64,000 bases of DNA from Neophaeotheca triangularis. Lineage: Eukaryota. Shown in pieces: positions 59,300 to 64,000 of the stretch (within the stretch, counting starts at the first letter, position 1; each line of letters begins with the position of its first letter). The position numbers were made by a program, and so were the translations under genes. The notes beneath the pieces were generated by a model. That model saw only the letters and a program-made list of their open reading frames with translations, did no database searches and was not told the DNA's origin. The DNA lies in NCBI GenBank assembly GCA_054600435.1, contig BAAIJX010000014.1:124001-188000 (forward strand), written 5' to 3'.

Positions 59300-62200
59300 T
59301 ACCGCACAGATGGCAATCAACCGAAGTGAACTTCAGTCTCTATATTGGAGTCAGACATATTCTGTCTTTGTTATTTCTCGGGAGTTACTAACAGCGCTCT
59401 CCCAATTGAGCTAAGGCGACAATTGATTGGACGCATTCAATATGCGCTAGTGATGGGCTGTATGGCGGTGAAAATCCATATATACCTACAATAACTAGGC
59501 GGTGCCCAACTAGCCGACTTGTCAAGAGGCTTACAAGCACTAGGGATGGCCTTAGCAGTGTGCAATTAAGTTCTTCTCTAGTCGCCCTAGCCTATCCGGC
59601 GCTTCAGTGTACGTTGAATGCTCAAAGAAACAAAACAAGAAGTATAGAAAGTTATATCATTGTTTAACTGTTACGACTAGGCTTGGGTAATCCCACTCGT
59701 AGGTAGACTACCAATCCAAACGGAGCTTTAAGCACGATAAGCATCCGTCCCACGAGACAACCTCCCCTAAACCGGCCAATGCTAATTGAACTTAGCGGCA
59801 AGACGTCCAACTTCCCAAACCGGGCCACACTTTCTTGCGATTCCACACCGTTCTACTAATAGGGAACGGAAAGACAGGAATAGAGCCTACTATTTGCCTC
59901 CTGACATTCTCCGTGCTATTACTGACCCCTCTAGCGAGGACAAGACCCATTACTCTAGACGTTTTCTAGGAAGTCCACTAGCTCTGTTCGGCCGAATAGA
60001 TCTAGAAACATGTCCACTATTGAGGGAACAACGACATGAACGTTGCTAGAAGCACTACTAGCCCCTATAACGATGCTCGATTGATATTCTCGCATCTCAT
60101 CCTTCCTTTTAATCGACAACTAGCGGGGTCGAAGCCGTTTCGACGAAGCTAACTTTCCTTTTGAATAGGTTTCGAAGTAGTGGAGATTTCAGTGACCTGA
60201 GCTATGCTCTCAACGCATGACGCTCGGGGATGATACCTAGCTTCGTGTCCGAAGACACCGGCTCCAGCATGTTAGACTGATGCTTTAGCACGACGGCTTT
60301 GCCTTAAGTCGTGTGCTTTGCAAGACATGCTAGCAACTTGGCGTTGGCCGGCACCATTAGGAAAACTTGTTAGCTTGTACGGGAACGAGTCGAGGGCCCG
60401 GGGGCACCTGGGCTTGCGAGACGTCGAGGGCCTAATTCTGGAATAGAAACTTTCTAGAGAGCTGACGATAGCAACGATCCTAACGACGACTCACGAGAAC
60501 GATTAAATTCGAGCTCTCTCCATCCGACTTGGACTTAACATAAAGGATTCCACTTAGCGCTTCTTCCGACTATTGAATCGATCTGTGTATTGACCACATA
60601 CCCCTCTCTAACGACATAGTCCCCATGAAGAAACCGGATTCGGGTTATGTCTTGGACTATTTCAAAAAGATACCCCTAGTAATGCTGAGTCTAAAGGATC
60701 TAACCCGTTTGCCCAACAAATAGCACCGGCTGTACTCGTCCGCCTTGCTATAGTTCTGACGAGGACCCCTAGAGCCGGGTTCCCCTTCTTGCGGACTTCT
60801 TTCCATCGGCTTGGCTGTGTCCTTTACGTCGCCCTATGTGTCCGCGGAGATTGTGGTTCAAAATCGCACCGGATATCCACGTAGCTTTTCGGCCAACTAG
60901 TACTGGACACTAGACAGCTGATACCTGTTCAGTCTTTAAATGGCTCCAAGGTTGATGAGCTCAAGGAGTGCAGGAAGGAAGTGTTCCTGTTTTCGTCGGT
61001 TAAGATTTTCCGAGCGCTTGTGGCTGATGACAATGCTTCGTGATCTTGTCTTTTCCGGCTTGTTCTTTTCCGGCTTGCTCGGAAGAATTCGAAAGCAATA
61101 CTGACGCGAGGAGCATCAAACATGATTGAAAAGTGGGTTTGTTGAATTCGAACCGTGCCGCAATAGGTTGTCGGAGTGTGCTCGCCTTACTATAGCATGA
61201 CTTGTAAGGAAACCAGTAATCAGGACAACGGTTTAGCCTTGCTACCGAGCCTCACGAGAGGTATACAAATCATTGACCGCGGTTCGAATGCAGGCTGCAC
61301 GTATCCTCATGGAAGCCGTAGAAGTCATCCAGCATTGTACGCTTGATAAGTGGCCGACAGGTCCCCATTCCAACGTGATCCGAAGTCTTGAACAGCTCTT
61401 AAAGGAGGAAGCACATGGTTCTCGACCCGGTAGAGAGGCGTCTCTTAGGAAAAGCCGAGCTCTCGTTGCCGGCGTGGGCGGCATTAATAATTCAGTTGAT
61501 AGAACCTTGCCGGTCACCTTGAAGCGGTACGCGAAATGCTGTTAGGGGCGTCTGTTAAGTGTTGATAAAGTTGCTGTAGCTTGGGATTATCAGTATAAAT
61601 CTTCGCGGGTGACGAGGCCCCAGGATAGAATCCGTAGTGATTTATCACGCACCGGTGGCCAAAGAAAAGTTCTATCCTCGGATGCCCGGTAAAGACGTTA
61701 CGCCGCGTCGTCAGCACGATGTCGATGGCCCGAGCGTGTCGACGTTATTCCGAAATCCTTTATCCCTTTCGCAACGTAAAGAACATATACAAAAACACTC
61801 GACCTACCTTATCAGTACAACAAATGGTCATATCAAAAGCCCATCTTGCAACTATCTTGCGACCTTAGCTCACTTGGGAGAGCGCCAGACTGAAGTTCAC
61901 TTCGGTTAAGCAATCATCTGTGCGGTATCTGGAGGTACTGTGTTCGATCCACAGAGGTCGCATCATCTTTTTGCTCTTTCATGTGCTTTATATGAACATC
62001 TTTGGTTGAATAATGGTCGAGATACACCCGAATTTCGATTCTTCATGCAATTTTGTACATCTGAAGGCAGTACCTATTTTTCAACGTCCACCCTAAATTC
62101 TTAATCGTCCGACAACACTCTCCTAGCAATTCTCTTTCTTTTAGTCCATCCGGCATCGTTACATCTTTATCTTTGCATTTTCTACAGCCGTTCTAAGATC

Positions 62201-64000
62201 TAGGGTCAAATTGAGTGCGATGTGGGGAAGATTCAGCACACAGTCAAGTCTAGCTGGCCCCTAAACGTGGGGAATATTCCAAGGATGATGCGGATGATAA
62301 TTGCCGAGCTTGTTTAGGGGAGATGCTCCCATTGATCATCGAGTATTGATCGAGGGGGTGGTAATAATTCGTATTATTCAAAAATATATTTTTACTGGCG
62401 ATAGTGAGGTCGAGGTTGAAGGCAATCGACGGCGTTGGATTGCTGGTTCGGTTGAGAGTTGGGGGTGTTGAACCAATATATTATTACGACTTCATATCGG
62501 CACAAAGACAACTCGGTAGTGATTGGTGAAGGATGGAAAACTGTCGAGAAAGTGGAAGAAGTGGAAGTGATAGGGGCAAGTATTGCACGGCTAACTAATG
62601 ATTTTATGGAGTACTTCTATGGAGTATGCTTGTCGTCTAGATCTGCCCATCGCTATCAACCTCGTCGTCGGCCCTCTAGCCAGCGGAATATCGAACTAAC
62701 CTTCGAGATTGACATGCAACGAGGGCCTGCTACGGGAGCACTTTGACATGACTGACGGGAATGGATCATAAACGGGCCTCGTTCTTCTACCGCATCGACG
62801 GAGCGATACATATCGGACAGTGATACGGGTTTGTACAAAGTAATTATATGTAGAAAGTGATTTACAGGGAGGTGAGGTCTGCCAGCACGCTGCGCGACTG
62901 CCTCATCAACATCCTACTAACACAGGGCACCTCCCATGTGAAAATCGTCCATCCCTTAGCTTGCGGGAGCTCCCGGCCACCGATGAGTTGTGGACATCGA
63001 CATACTCCAGCACAAGGTACATTGCGGGATCCGGATGCAGGAAATTCGCATTCGACTGAGGCGACCATAGTAGCTGTCTTAGAATGAGGGGAATTAGAAC
63101 AAAAGAAGGTCAAAACATCAATATCTCCCGAGCGCAGACTTCAAACCCAGTCAAAATCCCAAGTTCGAGTACTCGGACATTATTCAGTTGCGACATCGAT
63201 TCTGTTGCAACAGAACCCTCTTTGACGAGGGATACTGCGACGTCGTTGAGGTCCTGAGGTCATTAGTACATGCTGAAACCAGTGGAAGCAAACATTCATT
63301 GGCCTTCGTGCTAGCCTTCGAAGATCCTCGTTTGCGATTTTCGATCCACAAGGGTACTCGACTTTCCAGCCATTGCTTATAGCGTCGAAAGGACAGCTAA
63401 TAGTAAGCTAGAAAGCGCCAGCACTACACCCGCAAGTTCAACTAAGGCTCGGTCGAGAATGTACTAAACCAGGCAATCTGCACGCTAGTTTTCCTTCACA
63501 ATTCGATCAAAAGACTCCTTATTGCAGTCCAGATTCGTTGTAAGAATCAACTCTCGTTCTAAGACAGCTTTTATCGAGCCTTTTATCGAGCTATATGCCC
63601 CAGCCATGCTAAGAGACTCTGTTCAACCCGCTACCCTTGTACTTTCTGCTCATTTATAGTCGAATCGGAAAAGTCTTCTACAAGAACGAGCCTCTTTCAC
63701 TCGCAATCATCATCTTTCTCAACTCATACTTATAAACAAATAGTACACCACTTAATCGAGTCGCTATGGAGCTATGAGGATCAAAGCCTCGCAATCGGAT
63801 CCCCCTCCTCAATCTCAAGCAATTACTCATGACCACCAGCCGAGATATGAAGGCAAACAAAGTCTTACCAGGACCTTTTGGACAGACCCACTTCGACGGC
63901 CATTCTAGATCGTCGTCGCCGGAATGATGGAGCAAAACTGTGTCATCGACTTTTGAGCTTCCTTCTAGCCACTACCTACATTGATGAGCTTGTAACGCTC
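59300..64000. other. Gene-poor degenerate region with TAG/CTAG-rich, RIP-like composition
   Basis: No ORF of 100 aa or more and none recognisable; CTAG visibly dense at 59400-60900; lower GC than the genic part. Confidence 0.5.

Noticed and set aside
61270..61305. GGTTCGAAT T-loop-like motif suggesting a tRNA
   Set aside because: No pairing T-stem, acceptor stem or D-arm could be built

Overview
Eukaryotic, intron-poor, GC-rich fungal genomic DNA (Pezizomycotina-type GT-AG introns with CTAAC/CTGAC branch sites; gene style suggests a dothideomycete, which is inference only). From 1 to ~58.3 kb it is mostly a housekeeping neighbourhood of about 18 genes: carboxylesterase (5' part), mitochondrial L3, a Zn2Cys6-acetyltransferase-fold fusion, ARO2, FMT1, UPS2-like, UFD2, AFG1-like ATPase, PNK, RPL31, PTC5-like, Tcp11/SOK1-like, ACO2-type aconitase, SWIM-RING and several conserved hypotheticals. 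Beyond ~58.3 kb it is gene-poor and degenerate. Two observations stand out. (1) A 1.36 kb gag-only Ty1/copia element at 32012-33367 with TGTTGGT...ACCAACA ends, a 5-bp CAACA target-site duplication, a Ty5/copia-type half-tRNAiMet primer site, an open gag ORF, no pol and only 19 bp of the 3' LTR; removing it restores a continuous ORF. (2) A Zn2Cys6 transcription factor fused to a Maa/LacA-type beta-helix domain that appears to have lost the catalytic His and Trp, a candidate ligand-sensing pseudoenzyme regulator. No tRNA, rRNA or CRISPR array was recognised. All family calls come from motif recognition by eye, not database searches.
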